From Phaeobacter sp. QD34_24 (GTDB lineage Bacteria; Pseudomonadota; Alphaproteobacteria; Rhodobacterales; Rhodobacteraceae), in assembly GCF_028890115.1 (NCBI RefSeq), contig NZ_JARCJD010000005.1:145880-209879 (forward strand): 64,000 bases of DNA, read 5' to 3'. Position numbers and translations under genes: made by a program. Shown one piece after another: positions 9,626 through 18,843 of the stretch (its first letter is position 1; each line of letters begins with the position of its first letter). The notes under the pieces were generated by a model. That model was not told where the DNA came from. It saw only the letters and a list, made by a program, of their open reading frames with translations, and did not search any database.

Positions 9626-10155
9626 GAGCACTCCGTGACCCGGCTCATCACAAGCGTCTGCTTTCCCTGATAGATGGCAGCCTGTTCCCGCACCCTGTAA
9701 CCCAATTTCAAGGCCACCTTTTGCGACACGGCATGCGCCGGATCAAACAGGCAGACAGTTTCAGCCCAATCCTTGGCTGCATCGGCCCAGTCATGCATTG
9801 CGGTCACCGCCTCGCCCGCGATGCCGCGGCCATGGGCATGAGTCGCAAGGACCCAGCCCGCCTCGGGGATCACCGCAAGCGGCGGGTCTATTTCACGTTT
9901 GAAATCGGAAAACCCAACTTCGCCGAGAAAATCGCCGGTCGAACGCTCTGTTACCGCCCAATACCCATAGCCCATGGCCTGCCAATGACCCATGTTGCGC
10001 AGAAGACGCGACCAGGAGGCCTCGGGCGTGGACGGCACGCCACTGATGTGCCTGACCACCACCGGATCTGCCCAGAGCGCGGCAACATCGGGGAAATCCT
10101 CCACCCGGTGCGGGCGCAGGATCAGCCGCTCGGTCTCGAGGATCACATCGCTCAC
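9616..10155 (-). CDS. GNAT-family N-acetyltransferase (RimJ/RimL-like)
   Basis: 179 aa: MSDVILETERLILRPHRVEDFPDVAALWADPVVVRHI..., a GNAT fold. Its start overlaps the stop of the upstream YtoQ gene (ATGA), so the two are co-transcribed. Confidence 0.75.
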   Translation of the reverse strand: MSDVILETERLILRPHRVEDFPDVAALWADPVVVRHISGVPSTPEASWSRLLRNMGHWQAMGYGYWAVTERSTGDFLGEVGFSDFKREIDPPLAVIPEAGWVLATHAHGRGIAGEAVTAMHDWADAAKDWAETVCLFDPAHAVSQKVALKLGYRVREQAAIYQGKQTLVMSRVTECSRP

Positions 10156-10601
10156 GCGGGCAGCTTGCCCGTCAGCACATAGGTCAGGATTTCAACCACC
10201 TGGCGCGGCTCCTCGGCCACGGCAAGGGCTGCGGCATGAACCTCTTTCAGGGCGTGTTGATGCTCCGGCAGGCTCAGCACCACGATGGATTTCCCCAAGG
10301 CCGCCGCATAGCCAGCATCAAAGGCTGCATTCCACTGGCGGTATTTCTCGCCAAAGCGCACGACCACCAGATCGGCATCCTCGATCCCCTTGCGGGTGCG
10401 GATCGCATTGACCATGGCCCCCTTGTGATCGTGCCAGTATTTGTTCTCTTCCGCCCCCAGGATCGCCACGCCGCAGTCGTCGCTGGCCGCGTGATCGGTG
10501 ACCGGGCTGTCGAAGGCCACATCCAGATCCGCCGCTCCGGCCACAATCTGTTCGCGCCAATCGGTGTGGATTTCCCCTGAGAGATAGACCTTGAGTGTCA
10601 T
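10152..10601 (-). CDS. YtoQ-family protein (nucleoside 2-deoxyribosyltransferase-like fold)
   Basis: MTLKVYLSGEIHTDWREQIVAGAADLDVAFDSPVTDHAASDDCGVAILGAEENKYWHDHKGA... Start trimmed to the ATG at 10601. Confidence 0.55.
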   Translation of the reverse strand: MTLKVYLSGEIHTDWREQIVAGAADLDVAFDSPVTDHAASDDCGVAILGAEENKYWHDHKGAMVNAIRTRKGIEDADLVVVRFGEKYRQWNAAFDAGYAAALGKSIVVLSLPEHQHALKEVHAAALAVAEEPRQVVEILTYVLTGKLPA

Positions 10602-10681
10602 TGCGTCCTCCGTTCGCTGGTTTCCCTTGCTTAGACCGGATCGCGGCCATGGGCCAGAGCAGCCACCTGCCCCGGTTCGAA

Positions 10682-11317
10682 TCACCTGCGACGGGCCACC
10701 AGAAACCGGCTCGGAGGATCGGCGGGGTAGTTGCCCGTCTCGATAATCTCAAAACCCGCTGCCTCGACCCGCGCCTGCCACTCCGCAATCGACAGGAAGC
10801 GCACCACCTTTGGCGCCTTTCCAATCAGCTGCATCACCGGGATCATGCCCCGCATCATCAGGCGCTGGAAGCCGCTCTTGCTGTCCTTCAGGCAGGGCGT
10901 CTTGGAGATGAACAGCCCGCCGGGGCGGATGCTGTCATGAATGCGGGCAAGTGCCCCATCCAGACCGCCGACCAGATGAAACAGGTTGAAGGCCATGACA
11001 ACGTCATACGGTCCCGCGGGCGCCCCGGCGATATCACAGACGCTAACGCGCAGGTTGCTGGCGCCCGCCTGCTCTTTCTTCTGCCGCGCGATGGCGATCA
11101 TCGAAGGCGCCAGATCCGTGGCCGTGTAGCAGGACACCGCATCGCGCAGATGCAGCGCCGTCGTGCCGGTACCGCAGCCCAGTTCAAGAACCCTCTGATC
11201 AGGTCGCAGATAGCTGCGCACCCGTTCCAGGGTGTAGTCATAGGCCGCCTGGTCCCCGACCGGCCTGCGTGCGTATCTGTCCGCGATCCCGTCCCAGAAC
11301 TGTGCTGATGACTGCAT
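10682..11317 (-). CDS. Class I SAM-dependent methyltransferase
   Basis: SAM-binding motif VLELGCGTGTTALHL, then acidic loop TDLAPSMI. AAGGAG RBS. Divergent from the LysR gene. Start trimmed to the ATG at 11317. Confidence 0.8.
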   Translation of the reverse strand: MQSSAQFWDGIADRYARRPVGDQAAYDYTLERVRSYLRPDQRVLELGCGTGTTALHLRDAVSCYTATDLAPSMIAIARQKKEQAGASNLRVSVCDIAGAPAGPYDVVMAFNLFHLVGGLDGALARIHDSIRPGGLFISKTPCLKDSKSGFQRLMMRGMIPVMQLIGKAPKVVRFLSIAEWQARVEAAGFEIIETGNYPADPPSRFLVARRR

Positions 11318-11403
11318 GATACCTGTCTCCTTTGCCGATAAGATAGGAGCGCCGCTTGCATACGGGAATTGCCCAATTACGTAGGCAATATATACATAAA
11401 TGC

Positions 11404-12294
11404 ATGACACGCTCACCCGACAGCTTTGACTGGAACCATATCCGTGCCTTTCTGGCCACCGCAGAAGAGGGCTCGCTCTCGGCCGCGGCCCGCCGTTTGC
11501 GTCTCACGCAGCCGACACTCAGCCGTCAGGTTGCCGCATTGGAGCAGGACCTGGGACTGATGCTGTTTGAACGTATCGGGAAGTCCCTGCAGCTGACCCA
11601 AGCCGGGGTCGAGTTGCTGGAACATACCCGCCCCATGGGGTTTGCAGCTGACAGGATTGCCCTGGCGGCCATCGGCCAGTCGCAATCCATCACGGGCACG
11701 GTGCGGATCACCGCCAGCGATCTCTATTCTGCCCATGTCATGCCGCAGGTGCTGCGCCGTCTCTCAGAAATGGCGCCGGAGCTGACGGTGGAGATCATCG
11801 CCGCCAACGACATTCGCGATCTGATGCGGCGTGAGGCGGATATCGCCATTCGCCATGTCCGCCCCCAGCAACCCGAGCTGATCACCCGACTGCTGCGGGA
11901 AGACACCGCGCATTTCTATGCCGCTCCGCGCTATCTCGATCATGCGGGTGAACCGGCGCACCTCAATGATCTGGGCAACCACGATTTTGTCAGCTTCGGC
12001 AGCGCCCGGGACATGATCGATCATCTCGCCCCGCTGGGGATCACGCTGACCGAGCGCAACTTCCGCTACGGATCGCAAAGCGGCCTGGTGGCCTGGGAGT
12101 TGGTGAAACAGGGGTTCGGGATTGCGCCGATGGCCGACCGGGTCGGGGGAAAGACGCCCGAGGTCACGCGTCTCTTCCCTGAGATGGCACCGATCCGATT
12201 TCCGGTCTGGCTCACCACCCACCGAGAGCTGCACAGCAGCCGCAAGATCCGGCTGGTCTTCGATCTCCTGGCAGAGGTGTTTTCCGCAAAATGA
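11404..12294 (+). CDS. LysR-family transcriptional regulator
   Basis: N-terminal HTH (WNHIRAFLATAEEGSLSAAARRLRLTQPTLSRQVAALEQDLGLMLFER) plus a LysR substrate-binding domain. Confidence 0.85.
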   Translation: MTRSPDSFDWNHIRAFLATAEEGSLSAAARRLRLTQPTLSRQVAALEQDLGLMLFERIGKSLQLTQAGVELLEHTRPMGFAADRIALAAIGQSQSITGTVRITASDLYSAHVMPQVLRRLSEMAPELTVEIIAANDIRDLMRREADIAIRHVRPQQPELITRLLREDTAHFYAAPRYLDHAGEPAHLNDLGNHDFVSFGSARDMIDHLAPLGITLTERNFRYGSQSGLVAWELVKQGFGIAPMADRVGGKTPEVTRLFPEMAPIRFPVWLTTHRELHSSRKIRLVFDLLAEVFSAK

Positions 12295-12347
12295 AACCGC
12301 GCCCCGAAGGGGACGCGGTTGAATTGCATCATAGGGTAGCTTTGGCC

Positions 12348-14744
12348 TCAGCCGCGCAGGCTGCCGCCAGTGGCCTTGGTCACCTTGGCAATGATCTTCT
12401 CGCTCACCGCCTCGATGTCCTTTTCCTTCAGCGTCTTGTCCACGGGCTGCAGGCGCACTGTGATGGCCAGGGATTTCTTGCCCTCGCCCAGGCTGCCACC
12501 GATGAATTCGTCAAAGACGCGCACATCCTCGATCAGGGCCTTGTCGGCACCGGCTGCGGCATTGACCAGGGTCAGCGCCTCGACGCCCTCATCCACCACA
12601 AAGGCAAAGTCACGCTCGACCGCCTGCAGGTCGCTGATCGCCAATGCGGCGCGGGTGGCCCCCGCATTGCGCGGCAGCGGCACCTCGTCGGGCCAGATGG
12701 TGAAGCCCACCGCCGGACCCTTGACGCCCATTTCGCTCAGCACCTTGGGATGCAGCTCGCCAAAGACGCCCAGCACCTTTTTCGGCCCCAGGCAGATCTT
12801 GCCGTGGCGGCCCGGATGCCACCACCCCTGCGCGCCGCGCAGGATCTGAACCTTGGCCGGGGCAGCGATGGCGGCCAGAACCGCCTCGATATCGGCCTTG
12901 GCATCGAATGTGTCCACGGGACGCGAGGCGCCATGCACATCCTTGGCACCGGTGCGTCCGACCAAGAGACCAGAGATCAGGTTGTGCTGCTCCCCCGGCT
13001 CCCCGCCATGAAAGGCCGGGCCGACTTCGAACAGAGCCAGGTCCATATAGCCGCGCGCCTGGTTGCGGGCGGCGGCCTGCAACAATCCCGGCAGCAGGGC
13101 GGGACGCATATGGGACATCTCGGAGGAGATCGGATTGGCCAGCATGGTTGCATCGTCACCGCCACCGAACAGCGTGGCCGAGGCCTTGTCGATGAAGGTG
13201 TAGCTGACGATTTCATTGTAGCCGAGGCTGGCCGCGGTGCGCCGGGCCATCTGTTGGCGGCGCTGCTGCGGGGTCATAACCGGTTTCGGAATGCCCGGCG
13301 TCAGACGCTTGAGCGGCTTGCCTTCCAGTTTCGTCAGCGAGGCGATACGGGCGACCTCTTCCACCAGATCGGCCTCGCCCTGAACATCGGGGCGCCAGCT
13401 GGGCACATGGGCCATGTTGCCCTCAAGCCGGAAGCCAAGGCGGGTCAGGGTCTGGCGCTGATCGCTTTCGGGGATATCCATGCCGACCAGCGACTGCACT
13501 CGGCTTGCGTCCAGCTTGTAGGCGCGCGAATGATCCGGCACGTCGCCTGCGATCACCACTTCAGACGGCTCACCGCCACAGAGGTCGAGGATCATCTGGG
13601 TGGCGCGATGCAGCCCTTCCAGGGTGAATTCCGGATCCACGCCGCGTTCGAACCGATAGCGCGCATCCGAGTTGATCTTGAGCGCGCGGCCGGTGGTCGC
13701 GATCTGCACGTGATCCCAGAAGGCGCTTTCGAGGAAGACATCGACGGTCTCCTCGGTGCAGCCGGTTTCCTCGCCGCCCATGATGCCGGCGATGCTTTCG
13801 GGGCCATTGGCGTCCGAAATCACCATCTGGCCCGCGCCAAGGGTGTATTCCTTCTCATCCAGCGCCAGCAGGGTCTCGCCGCCCTTGGCGCGATGAACCC
13901 GCAGATCGCCCGTCACCTTGGCTGCGTCAAAGACGTGCAGCGGGCGGTTCTGGTCGAAGGTGAAGAAGTTGGTGATATCCACCAGCGCCGAAATCGGGCG
14001 CAAGCCGATGGCGGTCAGCCGATCCTGCAGCCACTGCGGGCTGGGGCCATTCTTGACGCCCTTGATCAGGCGGCCGGTGAACAGCGGGCAGCCGTCCAGC
14101 GTGTCTTCGTCGATGGTGACCTTGATCGGGCTTTCGAAATCGCCGGGGATCGCCTCGTATTCGCGGGTTTTCAGCGTGCCCAGACCACGGGCCGCCAGAT
14201 CGCGGGCAATGCCGTAGACGCCCAGCGCATCGGGGCGGTTCGGGGTGATGGCAATCTCGATCATCGGATCGACCTTGGAGGGGTCGTTTTCCGCCAGCCA
14301 GTCGATCAGCCGGTCGCCCACCTCGCCCGAAGGCAGTTCCACGATGCCGTCGTGATCCTCGCCCAGCTCCAGCTCGCGCCAGGAGGCCATCATGCCGTGG
14401 CTTTCGACGCCGCGGATCTTGCCCACCGACAGGGTGATATCAAGGCCGGGCACATAGTCGCCGGGTTTGCACAGAACCACGGTGATGCCTTCGCGCGCAT
14501 TGGGGGCGCCGCAGACGATCTGCTTTTCGCCCTCGTTGGTCATCACGCGGCAGACACGCAGGCGGTCGGCATCGGGGTGCTGCTCGGCGCCCACGACCTT
14601 GGCCAGGGTAAAGCCTTTCAGCGCATCGGCCGGGTTCACGATCTCTTCGACCTCGAGGCCGAGATCGGTGAGGGTTTCGGCGATCTCCGCGACAGAGGCA
14701 TCGATGTCGAGGTGGTCTTTCAGCCAGGAGAGGGTGAATTTCAT
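12348..14744 (-). CDS. pheT: Phenylalanine--tRNA ligase beta subunit
   Basis: 798 aa: MKFTLSWLKDHLDIDASVAEIAETLTDLGLEVEEI... with tRNA-binding, B3/B4, B5 and FDX-ACB domain order. Confidence 0.95.
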   Translation of the reverse strand: MKFTLSWLKDHLDIDASVAEIAETLTDLGLEVEEIVNPADALKGFTLAKVVGAEQHPDADRLRVCRVMTNEGEKQIVCGAPNAREGITVVLCKPGDYVPGLDITLSVGKIRGVESHGMMASWRELELGEDHDGIVELPSGEVGDRLIDWLAENDPSKVDPMIEIAITPNRPDALGVYGIARDLAARGLGTLKTREYEAIPGDFESPIKVTIDEDTLDGCPLFTGRLIKGVKNGPSPQWLQDRLTAIGLRPISALVDITNFFTFDQNRPLHVFDAAKVTGDLRVHRAKGGETLLALDEKEYTLGAGQMVISDANGPESIAGIMGGEETGCTEETVDVFLESAFWDHVQIATTGRALKINSDARYRFERGVDPEFTLEGLHRATQMILDLCGGEPSEVVIAGDVPDHSRAYKLDASRVQSLVGMDIPESDQRQTLTRLGFRLEGNMAHVPSWRPDVQGEADLVEEVARIASLTKLEGKPLKRLTPGIPKPVMTPQQRRQQMARRTAASLGYNEIVSYTFIDKASATLFGGGDDATMLANPISSEMSHMRPALLPGLLQAAARNQARGYMDLALFEVGPAFHGGEPGEQHNLISGLLVGRTGAKDVHGASRPVDTFDAKADIEAVLAAIAAPAKVQILRGAQGWWHPGRHGKICLGPKKVLGVFGELHPKVLSEMGVKGPAVGFTIWPDEVPLPRNAGATRAALAISDLQAVERDFAFVVDEGVEALTLVNAAAGADKALIEDVRVFDEFIGGSLGEGKKSLAITVRLQPVDKTLKEKDIEAVSEKIIAKVTKATGGSLRG

Positions 14745-14894
14745 GTCTCAGCGCCCTTTTGGCAGATGAATGCGGTTCGAACAGGCAATGGCAAAGATTG
14801 CCCGGTGTTTCAAGGGCCGGAACGCGTTCCAATAAACAGTGCCTGCCTACAGGAGAAGTATTACAACGGTTGTGGTCTGCCGGACAAAAGGCAC

Positions 14895-14975
14895 GAGGCC
14901 GCCCGGGTGGGCGCAACGCGCCCGCCATGGGGGCGGGCGGGCGCGTGCCGAGCCGCAAGCGGCCCGGTCGAACTA
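14895..14975 (+). repeat. Degenerate REP-like repeat, copy R4
   Basis: GGGCGCAACGCGCCCGCC-atgg-GGGCGGGCGGGCGCG hairpin region, loosely related to the family. Lies between the pheT start and the orphan gene stop. Confidence 0.3.
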
Positions 14976-15395
14976 TTCGAACCGAAGGAACCTCAAATCA
15001 ACGTCATGTGTTTCGAGACCAAGCTCGTTCCGAAGCTCATTACGTAGTGCAATCAGCACCGGCTTAATATCGGCATGACCAGCATTCGCCACAAAGCCAC
15101 CAATGCTCTCATGCGCCGCCCGGCAAACATCTTCTGAACCAAACAGCTGAATATCTGCCAATGCCCCTTCCATGTTTTCGCGTAGTTGCTTCGCTTGCTC
15201 GTCGTCTGACGGTTTTCGTTCAACACACGCCTCCAATCGACGATAGGCATCAATCAAGAAATCCACATTGCGTGCACGCTTCTCGGAAATCAGTTCTTTG
15301 CGGATTGAAGTTTTGAAAACAATCAAAGATCCAATAATGGCAAAAAGCGGGGGAACAAAGAGGTTAAGCAGCGTAATGAGTGTATCAGAATCCAT
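14973..15395 (-). CDS. Orphan hypothetical membrane-anchored protein with atypical low GC, inserted between pheS and pheT
   Basis: 140 aa from MDSDTLITLLNLFVPPLFAIIGSLIVFKTSIRKE...: one N-terminal TM helix plus a helical soluble domain. GGGGAAGGTG RBS. Visibly AT-richer (~47% GC) than the flanking pheS/pheT (>62%). No recognised family. Confidence 0.5.
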   Translation of the reverse strand: MDSDTLITLLNLFVPPLFAIIGSLIVFKTSIRKELISEKRARNVDFLIDAYRRLEACVERKPSDDEQAKQLRENMEGALADIQLFGSEDVCRAAHESIGGFVANAGHADIKPVLIALRNELRNELGLETHDVDLRFLRFE

Positions 15396-15469
15396 AGCAC
15401 CTTCCCCAAAAAGCAAAAAGGGCACTCTTAGCGAGCACCCCCTTATCAATTCCGCGTGTTATGTGTGTG

Positions 15470-16543
15470 TCAACGGCTGAGGCCGCCATGCAGGGCCGGC
15501 ACGTCAAGGCAGCTGAAGCCATAGTGGCGCAGCCAGCGCAGGTCGCTGTCAAAGAAGGCGCGCAGATCGGGGATGCCGTATTTCAGCATCGCCAGACGGT
15601 CGATCCCGATGCCGAAGGCAAAGCCCTGGTATACGTCGGGGTCGATCCCGCCGGCGGCGATCACCTTGGGATGCACCATGCCGGAGCCGAGGATCTCCAT
15701 CCAGTCGTCACCCTCGCCGATCTTCAGCTGGCCATTGTCCCAGGAACAGCGGATATCCACCTCGGCCGAAGGTTCGGTGAAGGGGAAGTGCGAGGCGCGG
15801 AAGCGCAGCTCCACGTCGTCCACCTCGAAGAAAGATTTGACGAATTCCTCCAGCACCCACTTGAGGTTCGCCATCGAGATGTCTTTGTCCAGCGCCAGGC
15901 CTTCGACCTGGTGGAACATCGGCGTATGGGTCTGGTCGTAGTCGGCACGGTAGACACCGCCGGGGCAGATCACCCGCAGGGGCGCGCCCATCTTTTCCAT
16001 CGACTGGATCTGCACAGGAGAGGTGTGGGTGCGCAGCACATGCGGCGGGCGATCATCGCCTTCCGCGCGGTGCATATAAAACGTGTCCATCTCGGCGCGG
16101 GCCGGGTGGTGGCCGGGGATATTCAGCGCGTCGAAGTTGTACCAGTCGGTCTCGATGCGCGATCCTTCGGCGACCGAAAAGCCGAGTTCGGCAAAGATCG
16201 CGGTCAGCTCTTCGCTGGCCTGGCTGATCGGATGCAGGCTGCCCTGGCGCTGGGGCCGGGTCGGCAGGGTCACATCCAGCCACTCGGTGCGCAGGCGCTC
16301 ATCCAGCGCGGCATCGGCGAGTGCCGCCTTCTTCGCGACAAGGGCCGAGTTGATCTCATCCTTCAGCGCATTGAGCGCCGGCCCCACGGTCTGGCGTTCC
16401 TCGGGCGTCATCTTGCCCAATTCGCGCATCTTCAGGGCCACCTCGCCCTTCTTGCCGACGGCGGCGAGGCGGATCGCCTCCAGCGCGTCCTCGTCCTGGG
16501 CATCGGCAATCTGCCCCAGATATTTTGCCTTAAGATCGTCCAT
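15470..16543 (-). CDS. pheS: Phenylalanine--tRNA ligase alpha subunit
   Basis: 357 aa; class II aaRS motifs ([17 protein letters not shown]..., GSGMVHP). Confidence 0.95.
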   Translation of the reverse strand: MDDLKAKYLGQIADAQDEDALEAIRLAAVGKKGEVALKMRELGKMTPEERQTVGPALNALKDEINSALVAKKAALADAALDERLRTEWLDVTLPTRPQRQGSLHPISQASEELTAIFAELGFSVAEGSRIETDWYNFDALNIPGHHPARAEMDTFYMHRAEGDDRPPHVLRTHTSPVQIQSMEKMGAPLRVICPGGVYRADYDQTHTPMFHQVEGLALDKDISMANLKWVLEEFVKSFFEVDDVELRFRASHFPFTEPSAEVDIRCSWDNGQLKIGEGDDWMEILGSGMVHPKVIAAGGIDPDVYQGFAFGIGIDRLAMLKYGIPDLRAFFDSDLRWLRHYGFSCLDVPALHGGLSR

Positions 16544-16742
16544 GACGGTCCCCTGAATTTTGCTTGCCTTCTGCTACCACACGCGCCGCCAAACGCAAGG
16601 GCGGCTGAGCCCCCTGCCCCATAGCAGGGCTGCATCCGTTGCGACAAAACCTGCCGTCCCGCCCCTCGATAGCTTGCAAGCGTGAGCCAGACGCCCCATC
16701 TTGGCGCCAAGATCCCAGATCATTTTTTCAGAGATTGATAGT

Positions 16743-17789
16743 ATGAGTAATCCCGTCACCCGCAAGCTGACCACGATCCTGGCCGCCGACGCCGAGCGCT
16801 ACAGCGCAGCGATGGAGGCCGATGAGGTAGCAACCTATGCCGCGCTCAAGGCGGCGCGAGCGGTATTCTTCAAACTGATCGACCGTCACGGTGGACGGGT
16901 TGCCAATACAGCGGGCGACGGGCTGATCGCCGATTTCCCTTCGGTTGTCGAAGCCACCCATTGCGCCATCGAGGTGCAGCAGGAACTGGCCGCCGAGCAT
17001 AGCCTGCTCAGGTTCCGCATCGGCATCCACCTAGGCGATGTGATCTGCGACGGGGATGACCTGCTGGGCGATGGCGTCAACCTGGCGTCGCGGCTGCAGA
17101 CCATGGCCGAACCCGGCGGCATCCTGATCTCGCGCCAGGTCTACGACCAGGTTCACAACAAGCTGACCATCGGGTTCGAGTACTTAGGCGAAAAATCCGC
17201 CAAGAACCTCCCCGAAGAGGTCTCGGTCTATCGGATCACCACGGCAGCTGCCACTGCGGACCGGTTTGAGAAGGTGAAACCCCAGGTCAGACCGGCCCAA
17301 GCCAACAAACCAGACCGCCCGGCACGACCCGAGAAGGTCGCGCATGTCTGGGATGGCGACCGGACAGACCAAGGGGCCCAGCCTGCCCCGACAGCCCCAT
17401 CTGAAGGGCGCTCTGCCGCGCAGTCGGCCCTGCAGGCCGCAAAAGAGGCTTTTGGCGGGCTGAAGACACCGACCCAGCGCCTATACCTCTTTGGCGTTGG
17501 CGGCGCCGTGCTGCTGAACCTGGTCACCGGAGGCCGTTTCTGGCCCGCCTGGCCGGTCCTCGCCCTTGCCCTGGTTTACGGGCAGATCAACGGCAACGGG
17601 GCATTGGGGTTCAAACCCTTCCTGTCCATTCCCGTTCGGATCTGGATCCTGGCTTTGTTCCTGATCTGCATCAACTTGATGACCACAGCCTTCCCCTGGG
17701 CGATCTTCCCTGTTGCGGCACTGGTGTTGGGCGGTCGGGTCATGGGCGGGCGAGGTGAGCCTGGTGCAGAACCCGAAGAACAGGCCTGA
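16743..17789 (+). CDS. Class III adenylate/guanylate cyclase domain protein with C-terminal transmembrane segment
   Basis: N-terminal CYC domain (ILAADAERYSAAMEADEVATYAALKAARAVFFKLIDRHGGRVANTAGDGLIADF...RIGIHLGDVI...GDGVNLASRLQ). A proline/alanine-rich linker follows. Two to three hydrophobic helices at the C-terminus. Start trimmed to MSNPVTRKL. Confidence 0.75.
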   Translation: MSNPVTRKLTTILAADAERYSAAMEADEVATYAALKAARAVFFKLIDRHGGRVANTAGDGLIADFPSVVEATHCAIEVQQELAAEHSLLRFRIGIHLGDVICDGDDLLGDGVNLASRLQTMAEPGGILISRQVYDQVHNKLTIGFEYLGEKSAKNLPEEVSVYRITTAAATADRFEKVKPQVRPAQANKPDRPARPEKVAHVWDGDRTDQGAQPAPTAPSEGRSAAQSALQAAKEAFGGLKTPTQRLYLFGVGGAVLLNLVTGGRFWPAWPVLALALVYGQINGNGALGFKPFLSIPVRIWILALFLICINLMTTAFPWAIFPVAALVLGGRVMGGRGEPGAEPEEQA

Positions 17790-17813
17790 TCCCCGGACAT
17801 CACCAGAAACGAA

Positions 17814-17860
17814 AGAACCCGCCGGATCACTCCGACGGGTTCGGCTGTCTTTCGACAGAA
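17814..17860. terminator. Bidirectional terminator region between the cyclase gene and rplT
   Basis: GAACCCG-(ccggatcactccga)-CGGGTTC then CTGTC-tttc-GACAG followed by a T-rich tract. The genes are convergent. Confidence 0.45.
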
Positions 17861-17890
17861 TGTCTTTGACGCCTGACTTAGGCGGCCAGC

Positions 17891-18256
17891 TTAGGCAGCC
17901 AGAGCGGACTGGGCCTGCTTAACGATCGCACCGAAGGCTTCGGGCTCGTGCACGGCGAGATCCGCCAGGACCTTACGGTCGACTTCGATACCGGCCAGGT
18001 TAAGGCCGTTGATGAAGCGCGAGTATGTCAGCGATTCGTCGTGGCTGCGGACAGCGGCGTTGATGCGCTGGATCCACAGGGCGCGGAAGTTACGCTTGCG
18101 CGCCTTACGGTCGCGGGTTGCGTACTGGTTGGCCTTGTCGACGGCCTGACGGGCAACCTTGAAGGTATTCTTGCGGCGGCCGTAGTAACCTTTGGCTGCC
18201 TTGATGACCTTCTTGTGACGGGCGTGAGTTGTGGTACCACCTTTAACGCGGGACAT
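17891..18256 (-). CDS. rplT: 50S ribosomal protein L20
   Basis: 121 aa: [42 protein letters not shown]... Confidence 0.95.
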   Translation of the reverse strand: MSRVKGGTTTHARHKKVIKAAKGYYGRRKNTFKVARQAVDKANQYATRDRKARKRNFRALWIQRINAAVRSHDESLTYSRFINGLNLAGIEVDRKVLADLAVHEPEAFGAIVKQAQSALAA

Positions 18257-18271
18257 GTGTCAAATCTCCTC

Positions 18272-18472
18272 TTAGCGGTCGTAGGGCATGAAGCCCTTGA
18301 CGATCTTGGCGTCGGGGGCGGACAGGGTCGTGGTGCCGCGGGCATCACGGATGAATTTCTTGTGACGTTTGATCATGCCGTGGCGCTTGCCGGCCTGACC
18401 TGCCATCACCTTACCGGTGGCGGTCACCTTGAAGCGCTTTTTGGCGCTCGATTTCGTCTTCATTTTGGGCAT
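18272..18472 (-). CDS. rpmI: 50S ribosomal protein L35
   Basis: 66 aa: [66 protein letters not shown]. The track ORF 18272..18802 is an upstream-extended artifact. Confidence 0.9.
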   Translation of the reverse strand: MPKMKTKSSAKKRFKVTATGKVMAGQAGKRHGMIKRHKKFIRDARGTTTLSAPDAKIVKGFMPYDR

Positions 18473-18587
18473 TTCCGTCTCCTTCAATGCAGGTTCGGTA
18501 GATACGCGACTCGGCATGCCACTCCGGCCGGCCGCGTGAACAGGGTCGCCGTTTACGAAAACAGGGTGACAAGGGCAAGCGGTTTCT

Positions 18588-18809
18588 TCAGGAAAAGCGC
18601 CCCAGAACGTTGAAAAACACCTCGGGCAGTTCCTCCAGCCGGTATCCGCCCGGCCGCATCCGCGCCGCATAGAGGATGAAACCGGCGCTGATGACCAGCA
18701 ACAAAGCCCCAAGGCGCGGCCATCTTCCATCGCTATAGGCCGAAACGAGCGAGAGAACTGCAAGACACCCCAGGAAAAACCCCAGAACGATCGCCAGATC
18801 ACTGTCCAT
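18588..18809 (-). CDS. Small hypothetical membrane protein (two predicted TM helices)
   Basis: 73 aa: [55 protein letters not shown]... Strong purine-rich RBS (GGGAAGGGGGA) 34 nt after the pyk stop. Lies between pyk and rpmI. Confidence 0.4.
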   Translation of the reverse strand: MDSDLAIVLGFFLGCLAVLSLVSAYSDGRWPRLGALLLVISAGFILYAARMRPGGYRLEELPEVFFNVLGRFS

Positions 18810-18843
18810 GTGTCCCCCTTCCCGCCATGGGTCGGGGAACAGC

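Noticed and set aside
12291-15047. 918-aa ORF on the + strand, and similar long ORFs at 15461..16624, 31248..32885, 35281..36165, 37983..39497, 46164..47090, 55067..56806, 8220..9605 and 26086..27072
   Set aside because: All are antisense to well-supported genes (pheT, pheS, SPFH, aminotransferase, tpa, pta, slt, mscS, dgcN). Their translations are low-complexity Arg/Ala/Gly-rich with no domain signatures. This is the usual high-GC open-frame artifact.
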